From positions 1,054,001 to 1,118,000 of the forward strand of contig CM061250.1 in assembly GCA_022605425.2 (NCBI GenBank): a stretch of DNA of 64,000 nt, written 5' to 3'. Positions 1-13,400 of the stretch are shown here, piece by piece. Made by a program: the position numbers and the translations under genes. Below the pieces are notes generated by a model. That model was not told the DNA's origin and ran no database searches. It worked only from the letters and a program-made list of their open reading frames with translations. This DNA comes from Hamiltosporidium tvaerminnensis FI-OER-3-3 (taxonomy: Eukaryota; Fungi; Microsporidia). Each line of letters starts with the position of its first letter. The first letter of the stretch is position 1.

Positions 1-1
1 T

Positions 2-169
2 TTAAAAGGCATGGATGCCCTGCCTATTTTTTCGAATAAACTTAGAAAAATTAATGATAAATCAAATCCACTCCAATCTGTATTAAAGAGGAATTCAAAG
101 TATATAGCCGTGGATGATCATAAGGAATCCTCAGATACCGAAGAAGATGAAGTAAGAGAAAAATTTTAA
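2..169 (+). CDS. 3' end (truncated by window edge) of a paralog of the small secreted protein at 5837..6331
   Basis: Manual translation LKGMDALPIFSNKLRKINDKSNPLQSVLKRNSK...ESSDTEEDEVREKF* aligns with SKEMDVIPDFSSRPRNICTKSNGKLSSLKK...GSSDTQEDELRERF*. The 3' flanks are also homologous. Confidence 0.75.
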   Translation, partial: LKGMDALPIFSNKLRKINDKSNPLQSVLKRNSKYIAVDDHKESSDTEEDEVREKF

Positions 170-3100
170 ACAATTATTATTTATAGAAAATAAATTTTGC
201 ATTTTTTTTCTTTAAAATTAATTTATCTAATATTACAGCTTTAAATCCTAAATTTATATAATTTTTATATCTGTATTTTAAAAATTTATCAAATTTTTTT
301 TACTTTTTATACTTCAATAAAAATTGAAAATTTTTCTGCTTTTCAATAAATCTCATTGAAATTAAAAATTTTTAAAGAGTAAAATATATCAAGAGCTAGG
401 ATTAAATTTCATTACAATGGATTTAGCTTTATTCTTAATTAATAGCTTCTTTTGTATTTAAAAGAAAATTATAACAGTGATTTTAGGAAGCCGATGCAAT
501 TTACCACAAACGAATTATTAAATTAAAAATTAAATATGAAGGAATAAGAAAGTTATGTGATCAAAGATTTGAAAAATACCTTTTAATATCCGCTTGTTAT
601 AGAAGGAGATTATTATTGGAGAGAATGATAATAACTATTCTCTTTTAGAGCTTTTTTAAAAAAAACATAAAGACTAGATGTATCGATGTCAAAAAAACAT
701 ACTGTTGATAAATTCAAGCGATTTTCGAAAAAATCATATTAAAGTAAACCTTTACACTTATATTCTTCCGTAAATATTTTAACCGGGCTCAGTCGTAGTT
801 ATAGACCAGTCGCATAAGGCCTTCATTCTATTTTTTACTCGAGATCAAAAGTTACTTTAATGACTTTCCTAACTCGTTATACAGCCATTGTTTTTGCTCA
901 AAGAATTTATATTGAATCACATATCGTTCACCTAAATGCCAATACTTTAAATGAATTCACGAAAAAAAAATATTAATATGATAAATTTTGAATAAATCGA
1001 AGGCAAAAATATTTAAAAAAGCATCGTACCATAGAGATAATTTGCAAATATTTGTTTTTGTCGTGTATTGGTTGAAGAAGCAGAAGAAATTAAAAACATA
1101 GTAATGAAGCGAGGTGGAACGAAGCAGATGAACGTGTCATTGTTTTTGAATCGATGGCAGGATGTTTCTTGATTTAGATGGATCGGCAGAACAAAGATTG
1201 CGGATTCCAAAGTCTTTTTTAATCGAATATAAGCTATGATATTACAGGAAAATTTCTGCAACTAGTAATCTCTATTCTGATATGACAATGCTTCTTATGG
1301 AAGCTCAAGGTATTCTGGTGCGTCAAAATCGTAGAATGAAAAATAATTCAATAACGTGTAGTAACCAAAAAAGATATACTCAAACTCTGAAAAATTATAA
1401 AGCTTTGTTGCAATAAATTAAAAAAAATATTTTATATACTTAAGATACACAATATTACTGGTAAACATCTATAAATACGATATTGAATAGTTAGGAAACT
1501 GATTTTAATAAAATAATACTTTCTGAGAATAGTTGTACAAAACTAACTATTCCTCGATTGAGATGAAAACGATGACTGATTTATCTAGTTCAGATCCGAG
1601 ATAGAATTTTACAAATAAGGTGAGGAAAATTGCTTGTATTGCTGCTTTTTAATAGTCTTATGAGCCAGTTTGATTAAAAGATTAGAGAGATTTTACAAAT
1701 ACCTACAAATAATTTTTTTTAGGGTAAAATACACTATAATCGTTAAGATTTTTTGCTTTATCACATTTAGCAGTAAATTTTTATTGTTATTTCAAAATTT
1801 ATTCCACTTTAACCGCTTATTTTGGCTTCGAAACCTGACTTTTAATTTAAATTTTTCATTGGTTCCTTCACTTTAAATACACATTTTCCAATAAGAAGTA
1901 CCATATCCTTTGTTTTAAATGTTTAAAATTATTTACCTCATTGCATAGTCATAGTCGTGATAATAGGAATATTGATTTTCGAGTATCTTGGTGCTCTCTG
2001 ACTATCATTAAGCTTACTGTAATCCTCTTTGACATCTGATCCTGACTCAAGTCTTTTCTTAGATCAAATTAAATCCATTCGGATGCTTTCTTGTGTACTA
2101 TTTACTAATTTCTTTATTTTGTATTTCCGAGTAGTTTAAGTCCCCCGGGAAATATTTTATGAGGTTTGGAACAATAGAGTCTTTGGTTATCATATAAGAA
2201 TCTATATTATTACTACTCTTCAATAAAATTCCACTAATTAGCTAATATATTGCACTCTACAAGTTTTTGAATTTTAACTATTAGAATTGAATCTTAGAAG
2301 GTAATTATTATTTCAATACAAGTTAAATTTTTTTTGATAGTATTCAAAATAAATATATCAGGTCCATTTTATTAATTTTAACTTGATTCTTAATTCCGTA
2401 TTTCTTGTTTCTGAATACACATTTTTATACAGTTCTTGAGCCGAGTTTCTGCTATTTTGTTTTGTAGTTTTGAATTTATATATTTATAGTGATAATCTAA
2501 GAATTATTCGATTTAATTATTTTATCTTGTGTATTCATCTCTAGCCTTTTTATTAGCTAGTCGCAAAATTTTATAGTATTCCATTAGACTGATTGTAGAG
2601 TTGACATTTTGCTTACACCTCTTAGATTACATTCATAATTATATATACATGAGCATCGCTTCAGCGAAAGGCCTTATATTCACTCTTTTTAGCCCTTCTA
2701 AGAATCATTAACACATATAGCTCCATTAATTTAAAAGCCTTATAAGTTTAATTTGTGGTTTTGTTTTTCTTTTTTTTAAATTCGTAAGTAGGTCCTTTTT
2801 TAATTTACTTTGTTAAATTCATTATCTAAGCTGTACTCTAAGAAGCAAAAAGCATTTTTCGAGGGAGAGTTGCACCTTAATAGTATTTAGAATCTTTAGG
2901 ATTGTGTTTTTTCTAGTTGAGGTTTCTTTACATTTCTAAGACAGTCTAAAAGTATCAGAAGAATATTCTTGCTTGGAAAACAAACATCTTTTAGTTCTCT
3001 TCTACTTCTGTTCAGGGAAATTACGAAAAATTTTACAAATTTAAAAAAATAAACTTTTCTATACCAATACTTGTTTTAATGCATCATACCTTATGATTTC

Positions 3101-3399
3101 AGCGGGTTCAGTCTAAATACTCTTATATTATAGTTAATTTTAATATAACAGGATGATTGATCGAGGGAAAATAATTTTTACGAATCTAATATTAGGTAAA
3201 AAAGTCTTTAAAATCTGGTTTTTGCTTTTTTTTGTGACTTTTAAATCTACTAAAAATTCAGATTTTCACTATTTTCTTTTATGATTTTGTAATATTTACG
3301 AATATCCAACACGATAGTTAAGGTAATAGTATCTTCGGGAAGGTTTCTACAATGCTGACTTTTAAGGCGATATAAAAGCAATTCTTATCAACCTCCTTA

Positions 3400-5350
3400 G
3401 TTTATTTATGTCACAATTGCTTTTCATTACCTATTATGCAAGAGTTAGTATATTTGATAAACAAAAAATGATTTGTAACAATGTAGTGTATCTAAATATA
3501 TTGAACCCTTTTCTTGTCTCTAATTTAGTTTTTAACTCAAAAAATCACCACAATAAAAAAGAAAGGCGAAAATGGTATCTTCCTACCAACGCTCCCTCAA
3601 TTTTATCGATTATGAGTTTTTTAGGTTTTAGTGAAATATGAATTTTAAATTTTGCAGAGCCACACTATAGATATTTTTCGATTCAATTGGTTGAATTTAG
3701 ATATTTGAATCATTGAACCAAACAAGCACTATCTACATAATTATTTTTTTTGTCGGAATCATTTATGATGCCTTCAAATTGATCTATTTTTTTTAAAAAA
3801 AAGATTGAGTGAATCTTGTAATTTCTCCTTTTGCGCTTCTGGCTAATATTTTTATAAAAAACCTTCCTCTTTTACAAAATCAAAGATTTTTTTTACCGCA
3901 TTCCGTCTTAATCTTATAGATATTTCAAATTCAGATATTATTCTATGGTAACAACTTCAAAGTAGAGTACTCTATAGAATCTGATGTTTAATACTTCGTT
4001 AAAATGATTGAGCTTAAATCATTATTTCTAAGGATATGACTTAAGCAAAAAAAAGATATTTATGTGAGCCCATGGCTTTCCAGATAATAAATATTGTAGT
4101 ATCAGACGATACAAAATCATAGTTAAAGATCCAATTAATACTATTGATAAATTCTCAAAGCGAAGAAACATTAATTAGCCGAATATCTGATAAAAGGTAC
4201 AAAATAATTATCAAGTTTGACTGTTCCAACGTTTTTATTTTACTTTTAGATTAAAAAACTTACAATACTTTCAAGATTAACTATATTCTAAAATCGAAAA
4301 CGCTTAGTATGCCCGCTTTTATATCGAACTCTTACTCTCTAAACCACCTAATTATATTTTCGGAATCGCATATTCTTGCGATGCTTTGTAATCGTTTTTT
4401 TGTAGACACTCAAAGACTCTTTAGTCATTATCAAAGCCGCAGAAATATGATTTTCCCTACTCTTAGACAAATTAAACTACTGCTTAATAGCCCCGAGGTT
4501 TTTTAATACCATAAGGTTTTACTGTTCAAATACATTTCGAAAAATATTTTTTGAAAGTAAACACGTAGATGTTTAACTATAATGATTTTATTCTATCGTA
4601 TTTGGTCTTTATTTACTTGGCCTCGTATCATATCATGTCTTCTTGCTTAAATTTTGCATCCCTTGATAATTATAGACATTGGTACATAATATTTAACACG
4701 TTCAATTGCTCTTTATTAATCAAGTCAGAAGATTTATTATCAACCAATTCATTCAAAGGCTTCAGAGTTAAAACTACTAGTCTCCGATTTTACTTCCCAG
4801 AGTTTCTTGATTCTATACAGGTACTTCTCAATTGAGATACATAACTGGAATATTGCATTTGTGAATGTGATTTGCTAAAAGAGGTTACATTCTAATTCGT
4901 TTTCAATCAACTTAATTCCTTGGTTTTCTTTCAACTATTATGTGCTTTTTTTTAGATCACTATTTTAAGTAAAACTAAGTTTTTCTTTATATTACCTCCG
5001 AATTTAAACCAGTTATTTCTATTGGGAGGTAGAGAGACAATAACCACATTAAAACCTATATCCTTGGTAGTGACTGATAAAATTGATGTAAAAACAGGTT
5101 AAAATCTTGATATGATATAATACACATAGAATCATTAGGAAGATTCTCTATAATCCCGAATTATAACAAATTTAAAGAAGCAAATGGAAAACTTATATTT
5201 GTCCATCCCAACACTGAGCGATACAAGAGAACTAGAATAACTAGGTGTTTGTATTACTTTCCATGTACTCTTCGGTCCCTTAAGAATCATAGATCGAGTT
5301 TTTTTGCTTCTCTACGGCTTTAACAGAGTCCAAAATTGAACGCTACACGA
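3400..5350 (+). mobile_element. Heavily decayed Ty3/Gypsy-like pol remnant
   Basis: Fragment YLPTNAPSILSIM resembles RT motif MPFGLxNAPxxFQR. FGPLRIIDRV at ~5271 resembles the integrase GPY/F motif. Many stops; boundaries approximate. Confidence 0.3.
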
Positions 5351-5836
5351 TCAGAGAGTTTATTATCAAATGACAAAAGGATTGGGTTTTTTCCATACGG
5401 TTAGTTGACCTAGACGCTGATCCATCAAGTAGTAAGACGAGAATATAGTGTAAAACAAGCAGACGGGGTTAGGCTGCAACTGCTGCTTGGTGTAAATGTG
5501 TAGTATTATGGAGAACCTGTTGAGGCAAAGATCTCGCTGATATATATTGTTTCTGCGTTGAAACAATTAATTTATATCTTTAAAGCCATTCTAAGTTATT
5601 TAGAGCCTTTATTTTTACATTTTATAAATTTAGGCAGTCAACTTTTCCTTCTAGAAGTTAAAAAATATGTAAAAATCATTTTAATTAAAGAATTTTTTGG
5701 AAGCTGAAATTTTATTTTTAAAACCCACTTTTGGACTTAATAATTATTAAAAAGAACAATTTTTAGACTTCCAGTAGATAAAATTCTTTTGAAAAAATAT
5801 ATATTTTGAAATTAAATTAAAAAAACACGCACTGAA

Positions 5837-6331
5837 ATGAAAATAAAAATCTTAATAGTAGTCAGTAATATTTTATGCAGTTCTTACTGTAAAAAAAGGA
5901 ATTTAAGGAAAAATAGATTGAAAAATATATGTTGTATGTTGTCTAAACCTAATTCAAACGATATCGAGGATTTTAAATTAGCTGCAGATGACTTAAATTT
6001 AAGCGAAAAACATAAAAATTCAAAAAAAAAGGCCCCAATATATTCTTGCAAGACAGAGGATAGGTGTTCCGTAATATATAATAAAAATATGAGCTCTCGC
6101 AATTTTAGAAGTAAAAAGGATAGAAATTATCATAATTTTGAGACCGATCAATCAAAAGAAATGGATGTTATTCCTGACTTTTCAAGTAGACCAAGAAACA
6201 TTTGTACAAAAAGTAACGGAAAGCTTAGTTCGTTGAAGAAAATATTTTTTAGTAATTCAAAATCTCGTTGTCCTAAAAGTCGTAGGGGCTCTTCGGATAC
6301 TCAAGAGGATGAACTAAGAGAAAGATTTTAA
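5837..6331 (+). CDS. Small basic, putatively secreted protein (164 aa), lineage-specific family
   Basis: Signal-peptide-like N-terminus MKIKILIVVSNILCS and acidic C-terminal motif SDTQEDELRERF. Two paralogs occur in this window. Confidence 0.7.
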   Translation: MKIKILIVVSNILCSSYCKKRNLRKNRLKNICCMLSKPNSNDIEDFKLAADDLNLSEKHKNSKKKAPIYSCKTEDRCSVIYNKNMSSRNFRSKKDRNYHNFETDQSKEMDVIPDFSSRPRNICTKSNGKLSSLKKIFFSNSKSRCPKSRRGSSDTQEDELRERF

Positions 6332-9300
6332 ACGAACAGTATTTATAGTAAACTAATTTTTTGCCATTTCTTTTTTTTTATAATTTAATTTATCTAATAT
6401 TACAACCTTAAAATATAAATAGCATTATTTGTAGTTAAAAATTTACAAATTTTTTAAAATTATAGTTTTATATTTCATCAAAATTTTTAATTTCTTTGTG
6501 TATTCAATAACTCTCATTAACTTTATAAAATGTCTAAAGACTAAAATATTCAAATAAGACGAATTAATTTAAGATATAATAGGTTTTCGTAAACCCTCTT
6601 TTTGATCATTTCTTTTTTTTGTATTAAATAATTTCAAAACGTATATTTTAAGAGTCGATACAATTTACTATAAACAGAATGTTACTTTATAAATTTGTCA
6701 AGAATGAATATTAAAGTTATGTGCTTAAAGATTAAAAATAAACATCGAAATTGGTTTATTTCCGATAAGATCATAGAATGGAATATTTATATGCTTTTTC
6801 TAACTTTCCAAAAAAAACAAAAGACTATATAGATCGCATCAAAAAAACTTGATTTGTAAAACCAAGCCATTTCAAAAGATTGTTTTAAAAAACGGAACTT
6901 GTATACTTCATTCTCATCATAAATCTTATAACCGAAACAACCGATTCTGGTCTTGGCCGCACTAAGAATTCATTTTCATAATCGATCCGGAGTAATATTT
7001 TACCAAAATCGCATTTTAACTCGTACCACGGCCTTTTCTACTCAAATAATATACTATCCGTGGATTCGTCTTTTGTTTAAATATTTTTAAATTGAATCAA
7101 TTGTCACAATGTTATATTACTCACCAGTCAACATAAAATAAAAGTCAAAAGATTAAAGTGAAATTCTTACAATAATATTTGTCTTTCATCATATATTTAT
7201 GTTTTATAGTAATCTATTTGTTTGAGAACCAAATTAATATTTATAGTAGCAATACATTCCGAATCTGTTTCTGATATAGCAAGTTATCATTTAATATTTC
7301 ATAGTTTCAAGTTTCTTAAAATAGATTTTTCACACGAGTATAAAACACAGAACAAATAAATTTACCTATAAATGGTAAGTAAAGACTTTATGAAGAAAAG
7401 TTTTACATATGTTTTTTTACGGAATGATCGTATTTTATCCAGAATTTTCTTGTATTTGGATATGTAAGGCGTAGATATAAGAATCAAATACACATATGAT
7501 AGATATCAAAAAGCTATTCCAGAGCTTATATTAAATGTTAAAAAAATATTTGCTCGAATTCAATGAACAAATGACTTTTATACTCTTCACAGAAATTTGT
7601 CTTTTTCTCATAAGTATCACCAAAATCTGGAAAAACTATTTATTCTGTGAGCAACGGAAAGAATTCAAGGAATATATTCTAAAGCAAATAATATCTTAAG
7701 CAACAATTAAAGATGTCTTTTTCTGCTTGATACGAACTTAAAATAAAATGAATACTTTAATTTGGTACAAGAATATTTATAAGGCTTTTTCTAGCAAATC
7801 TTCAATTAATTATATATCAGAAAGTTCTCAATTGCGAAGGTACGGATAAAAATAAAATACGTGTTGATCTGCCAAATTAATTTGTCTAAATTATATATAG
7901 AAAAATACCAACCGGGATAAAATGAATATAAAAAAGTTTATCATGTTAAAAGAGGCGAAATACAAAGCAGAAAACTACTAAGATTTGGAGATAAGAAAAT
8001 TTTGTTTTTAAGTTAAGATGAATACAGAATTTTTGGTATATAATATATTCCAAGTCTAAAATGAAGCCGGGATTGTTGAGCCAAAACAATTTTTGATTAT
8101 AATTAGAATAAAAACTAAGATTTAGATATAATATTAATCTGTTAATTTCTGGACATCCCAATAATCAAATGTCTTGAAAAGGTAATTCATGGATTATTAT
8201 ACAAATTGGTGTGATTTTTCGCATTCTTTGATGAAATGAACATAAATTATGCTTTCAAAAAATATTTGAAAATATTATAATTATATAATGTTTTAGAATG
8301 AGTATACAAAAAATATGGATTTCACCAAAATACCAAAGTAATTTACAATATCGAATCTAATATGGTTTAAGAGGCGAAATATAAAGATATAATGATAATG
8401 AAGCCCGAGAATACTGCAAAAACATGCTTATGATTTTCGAATCATAAATATTAAACATATTGGCCGTTGATATAGATTAGGTTTTATCTAAAAGACAATA
8501 CCAAAACATTTCCCTTAAGATATTTTAGACTATATCGTTACCAAACAGAGTAAAATTTATCTTAAGAAATTTGAAATCCTGAATTAAATAAAAAGTAACA
8601 AAATCATTTGATACTACATAAAATGACACTTGAAACCATTCGTGTTAAGCAAAGACCAATCTAATTCACGATTAATTGAAAAGGCTCAGAAAGATACCGA
8701 CATGTATCTTCAGACAGGTGATTAAACTAATATACATTTTATGAAACCGTGAGAGAAATTAAGAAATCAAACCAATATCTTTATTAATAGAATACAACTA
8801 AACTTCGAAGTACAATTTAAAATTTTATATAAAAACAGATAAGAAACAAACAAATATAACATCATATTATCAATAAAAAAAATATTTCGAAGGTGAGGCG
8901 GTAATATACCAAAAAAATATATTTTAAGTTTCTTAATTGATCAATCAATAAATTTAGCATTGATTCTACATTGAAATATTTAGAAAACATGAAAATATAT
9001 GAATTCAAATCTAAATAATTCCTTTTGTGAGGAATCATAATCTACTTTGAACAATGACCAACCCACTAAGAAAGAATGATAACACAAACAAAATATTTTT
9101 TTAAAAACCGTTGTATTGTTAGTAAATGATAAGTATTCTTATTAATATTAAAAAAATATTTTATACGGCATAAAATGTTCTTTAAGCTTTAGATGTAGCG
9201 TATTTATTTTTAAAATTGGTTTTTTACAATCTTAGTAAAAAATATAAATTTAAAATTGATAATCTAAGATGGACTTTTCAAATTGTAGATTCTATTTGTG

Positions 9301-9576
9301 AGAAGTAATTAAAAATTAGATTTTTTGGTACAAAGAAATTTACAAATAAAAGCTTAAAAACGAAATTAATACATCTTTAGTTTTTTAATTATTTCGATAT
9401 TCAAATGAGATATTTATATTTCTAGAAACAACTACAATTATATTTAGAAACTACTAAATACGATACAAATGTTTTAAAAATAAATGAATTTTATAAAACA
9501 AATCAAAAAAATATAATTCGTCTATAAAACAAATATGTTTCATAAAACGTACAAAAACCGAATTTTATAATAAAAT

Positions 9577-10449
9577 ATGAATTTAATTGTTATAAATCTT
9601 ATTTTGTATTTTATAAACGCAGAAAAAATAGAATATTGTGTTTCTGGCGAACAAAAACGTTATATAATAAATTCACCGCCAAAACTTAAAAATTTTAGAG
9701 CATCGCTACTTAAAAAGTTTCCTGTCAGTGTTTCTATAGAAAAGAGACAGAAAGAGTTGAAAAACAAAGATATAAAAGATTTAGAAAATCTTAATATTTC
9801 TGGAAGTGCACAGCCAAATATTTTACAATTGACTTCTTTATTAAATATATTGAATACTCTAAGTAAAAAAATTATATTTGTAGATTTGAGAGCAGAAAGT
9901 CATTTTTTTATATCACCAACTGATAATATAACATTGGATTGTAAAAAATACGATGAAGATATTATTAATCAAGAAGAAATTGACACCAAGGATTTCACAG
10001 AACCTTATCATGTTGTAATGACCTATAACAGAAAAGAAAAGAAAGTGGTGAAAGTAGAAGATGTCATAACCGAAAAAAAGTTTATAGAAAGAGATTTTTC
10101 TGATACGGTTGAATATTATAGAATGCCTATTAAGGACCATATGGCACCAGATAGAGAAATATTAGATAAATTCATAAATTTTATAGAAGGCAAACCAAAA
10201 GGAACATACTGGATTCATTTTCATTGTAATGGAGGAAAGGGAAGAACTACATACATGATGACTATTATGGATATTCTTATAAACGGAAAAAACTCTACAT
10301 TAGACGAAATAATTGGAAGGATGTATCTTTTAGGAGGAAGTGATATGTCAGAATTTAATGATAAACACAAAAATCAACATTATAAAAGATATCAAATTTT
10401 AAAAGGAACCTATCAAGATATTATTAAGAAAAAAATTAAACTCAATTAA
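9577..10449 (+). CDS. PTP-like phytase (inositol polyphosphate phosphatase, cysteine phytase) with N-terminal signal peptide
   Basis: Family motifs appear in the expected order: NFR, LNISGSAQP, FVDLRAESH, TE, YYRMPIKDHMAP (general-acid loop), WIHFHCNGGKGRTT (CX5R P-loop), IIGRMYLLGG. Hydrophobic N-terminus MNLIVINLILYFINA. Confidence 0.9.
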   Translation: MNLIVINLILYFINAEKIEYCVSGEQKRYIINSPPKLKNFRASLLKKFPVSVSIEKRQKELKNKDIKDLENLNISGSAQPNILQLTSLLNILNTLSKKIIFVDLRAESHFFISPTDNITLDCKKYDEDIINQEEIDTKDFTEPYHVVMTYNRKEKKVVKVEDVITEKKFIERDFSDTVEYYRMPIKDHMAPDREILDKFINFIEGKPKGTYWIHFHCNGGKGRTTYMMTIMDILINGKNSTLDEIIGRMYLLGGSDMSEFNDKHKNQHYKRYQILKGTYQDIIKKKIKLN

Positions 10450-13400
10450 TTTAATAATTTTATAGAATAGAGGTTTGATACTTAAAAGTATGCTATTAGC
10501 AAAAAAATTCTATGAATAAAAATCAAACTTTATTGTTTTAAAATACGAGTTATCTAAATATATTTAATCTATCCTAAATAGATAAATATTATTTTTAAGT
10601 ATTAAACTAATAAATTTAAAATATACAATCATTAGATTTATCTTGAATCTTTAAAATCAATAAATTTATGAAGTTTTAAAACTTTTCTGGTAATTTAAAA
10701 AATAAAATTAATTTAAATGATGTATTGTAGGAAAATATATTTTTATTTTTTCATTTTTTTTCTTGAAAATATCAAAAAAATATTTATTAATTGAGATTTA
10801 TGGTTATTATAAATAAAAAAACAACGGAATGTTAATTTGGGTTGTCTAACTTCATTTTTCGATTTAGATAACTTTATCCATACATTATATTTTCCTGAAA
10901 AATGACTGACAATTATAATATGTAGATATACTTCGTATCTTGCTGTTTCTAACCACTGAATGTTAGTATTTCCGACAGACCAAATGTTTATTTTAAAAAA
11001 ATCCGAACTCTATATGTCCCTTTAGATACTTTATTAAGTACCATAGGCATTTCTCGGGTCCGTATTGGAATAAAATATCAAAAGATTCCTTCTATACAAC
11101 CAATAGATAGTATCGAATGCATTTATAAGCAAAAAAAATCGGTAAAAATTAGATATATTTTAGGTATTAAAAAAATTTGTGTCATTTAATACTTTTTGTT
11201 AGATTTGCTTTTCAGGTATTGATTATTGCGTCCTTGAATACCAAATAAAACCGAAGATCTGCTTTTACTTTGCAAATAAACCATGTTTTCTCATCTGTTT
11301 TTTTGGTTTAATCAAGTTGTAAGAATCTTACCAATAAATCTTACCACCCACCTAATATATTTAAACAATTCCCACCTAATATACCCAGTTTTATTCTTAA
11401 GTCAAACTATATCGGTAAAATTCTGTCTTTTTTAGTCAGAATGATCATTTCAATGTATTAATTTTCAAATTTAGTAGTATTTTGAAATTATTTTAAGTGA
11501 AAGTCTATTTAGCCAAATCAACTGTTTTATTATATTTATGAGGTATAAGGGTATAGAGTTTTCTCGGTAAAAATTTAATAATTTGATCAATAAAAAGTAT
11601 TTAACCATGTACGAACATTTACTTAACTATGAACTCTAAAATTAATTTATAGATTCGATAAAACGCCTTTCTTCATCACTCAATGCCTTTTTTTTTATTT
11701 TTAATCATCATAAATATTTTGCGTTATTATGTAAGCAACTTTGCTTTTTATACATAATTTGTGAATTTTTATCTTATAAAACATTCAAATCATATCTAAT
11801 TCTTATGTTTTAATTTTTAATTTTAAAATAACATTTGAGACACATCATAGAAATCTTGCTATAAATTTTTGATTTATCGATTTTAACTAATCTTTTGAAT
11901 ATATGTTATATCTTTTCGTAATCAGATAAAAAAACGTTTTTTAAAATAATTTCATATTAAAATTTAATGTCATCAAGTACTTTTTAAAAAATATAAATTT
12001 TTCTTTTTTTGCTAAATTCTATTCTCAAAAGTATTTTATTGGTTCTATTGTAAAATTTTTTGGTTTTATTTCGTTTTTCCATATAATTAAAATTGGAATC
12101 TGTGTTTTTTTAAACCTTATCAAACATGTTTTTTCATTCAATATGTATATATTTAATTTATTGTTTTCGTATTTCTAGTAAAAGTATTATTATGGTAATT
12201 TTCTTGCAATTCTGAAATGTTTCTAAAGTTGTAAACTCACATGCACGAAGAATATTGTCTCGAACTGAAGGTTGATGTAAAAAAAACTAGGTTTACAAAA
12301 TACATCGCACAGGATTGAGATTACATAATCAAATATTGCCATTTCTGAATCTAAAAAAGAGATAAAGAAAGAAAAATAAAAGATTTGAAATGAGAAATTT
12401 GGCCTATTGAAATCATAAATTATATTTTTTTTTAATAATATTCTATACACGGTAAGGCATTTGCCACACACATCTCAGCTCAAAATTTTTGGTGTAAAAA
12501 AAATAGACTGATTCTCAAGCTCACTAATAAAAACATATTTTTTCTTTTCGATAATATGGCAGAAATTTTAGAAAGCATTTGAAGATTCGAATTCAACAAA
12601 CTTAATTGTTTATCGACAGCTATTTTGAGAATTAAACTGAACGTAAACTTCTTTATAACTTAAGATTTATTTGCTCTTATTTATAATATTAATAATACTT
12701 TCGTTTAAAATTATTCGAAAACTGTTTCAACTTAGCCTTTGGCATATGTTTTAAAAAATGACTACGCATGCGGTTTTTATTCGTATCTCCTGCTGTAAAT
12801 GAGCACTAAGAAGCGGAGTAATCGGTTTATATATCATTTAAGTTCTTCACCATGGTATACAAATACAACACGTTTGCCATTGATACCTTATTAACCAATG
12901 AAAAGTTATTCTATTGATTACTTATAACAGAAATATACGTAAGTTTTAAATTAATATATCAATTTCTGAAAATATTTTTTTTACCATAAAAAAGTTAGAA
13001 TAGGTAATGGGAACCTAAACACCTCTGTATATAGTTTGAGTTATTATAAGCTTTCTATTTCTAATTTTTTCAGAAATATTTCTCTTATAAGATAAAACAA
13101 CGAAGAAAAGTCCAAATAAAGATAATTAAAATACAAAAGCGTTTAAAAATTGTTGTATCTAGATATATAATCAATTCAGATTGCGAAAATTTTTCGCGGA
13201 CAAATAATTTTTTTTTGTACTCCATAACCTTTTTTAAGAATAACTGCAATCAATCATGTACTAATTGATTTCAAACAAGAAAATACGCCAACTTAATTGC
13301 ACCAAAAAGAAAAGAGAAAACCATTAAAAAGTAACTACATACAAAGATTCAAAAGTTTACATCAATAATGGAGTTATGTGCAATGATAGATTTTTAAATA

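Noticed and set aside
7300-8800. Another decayed integrase/transposase
   Set aside because: Only faint hints (GHP, LAVDI); too degraded to support a call.
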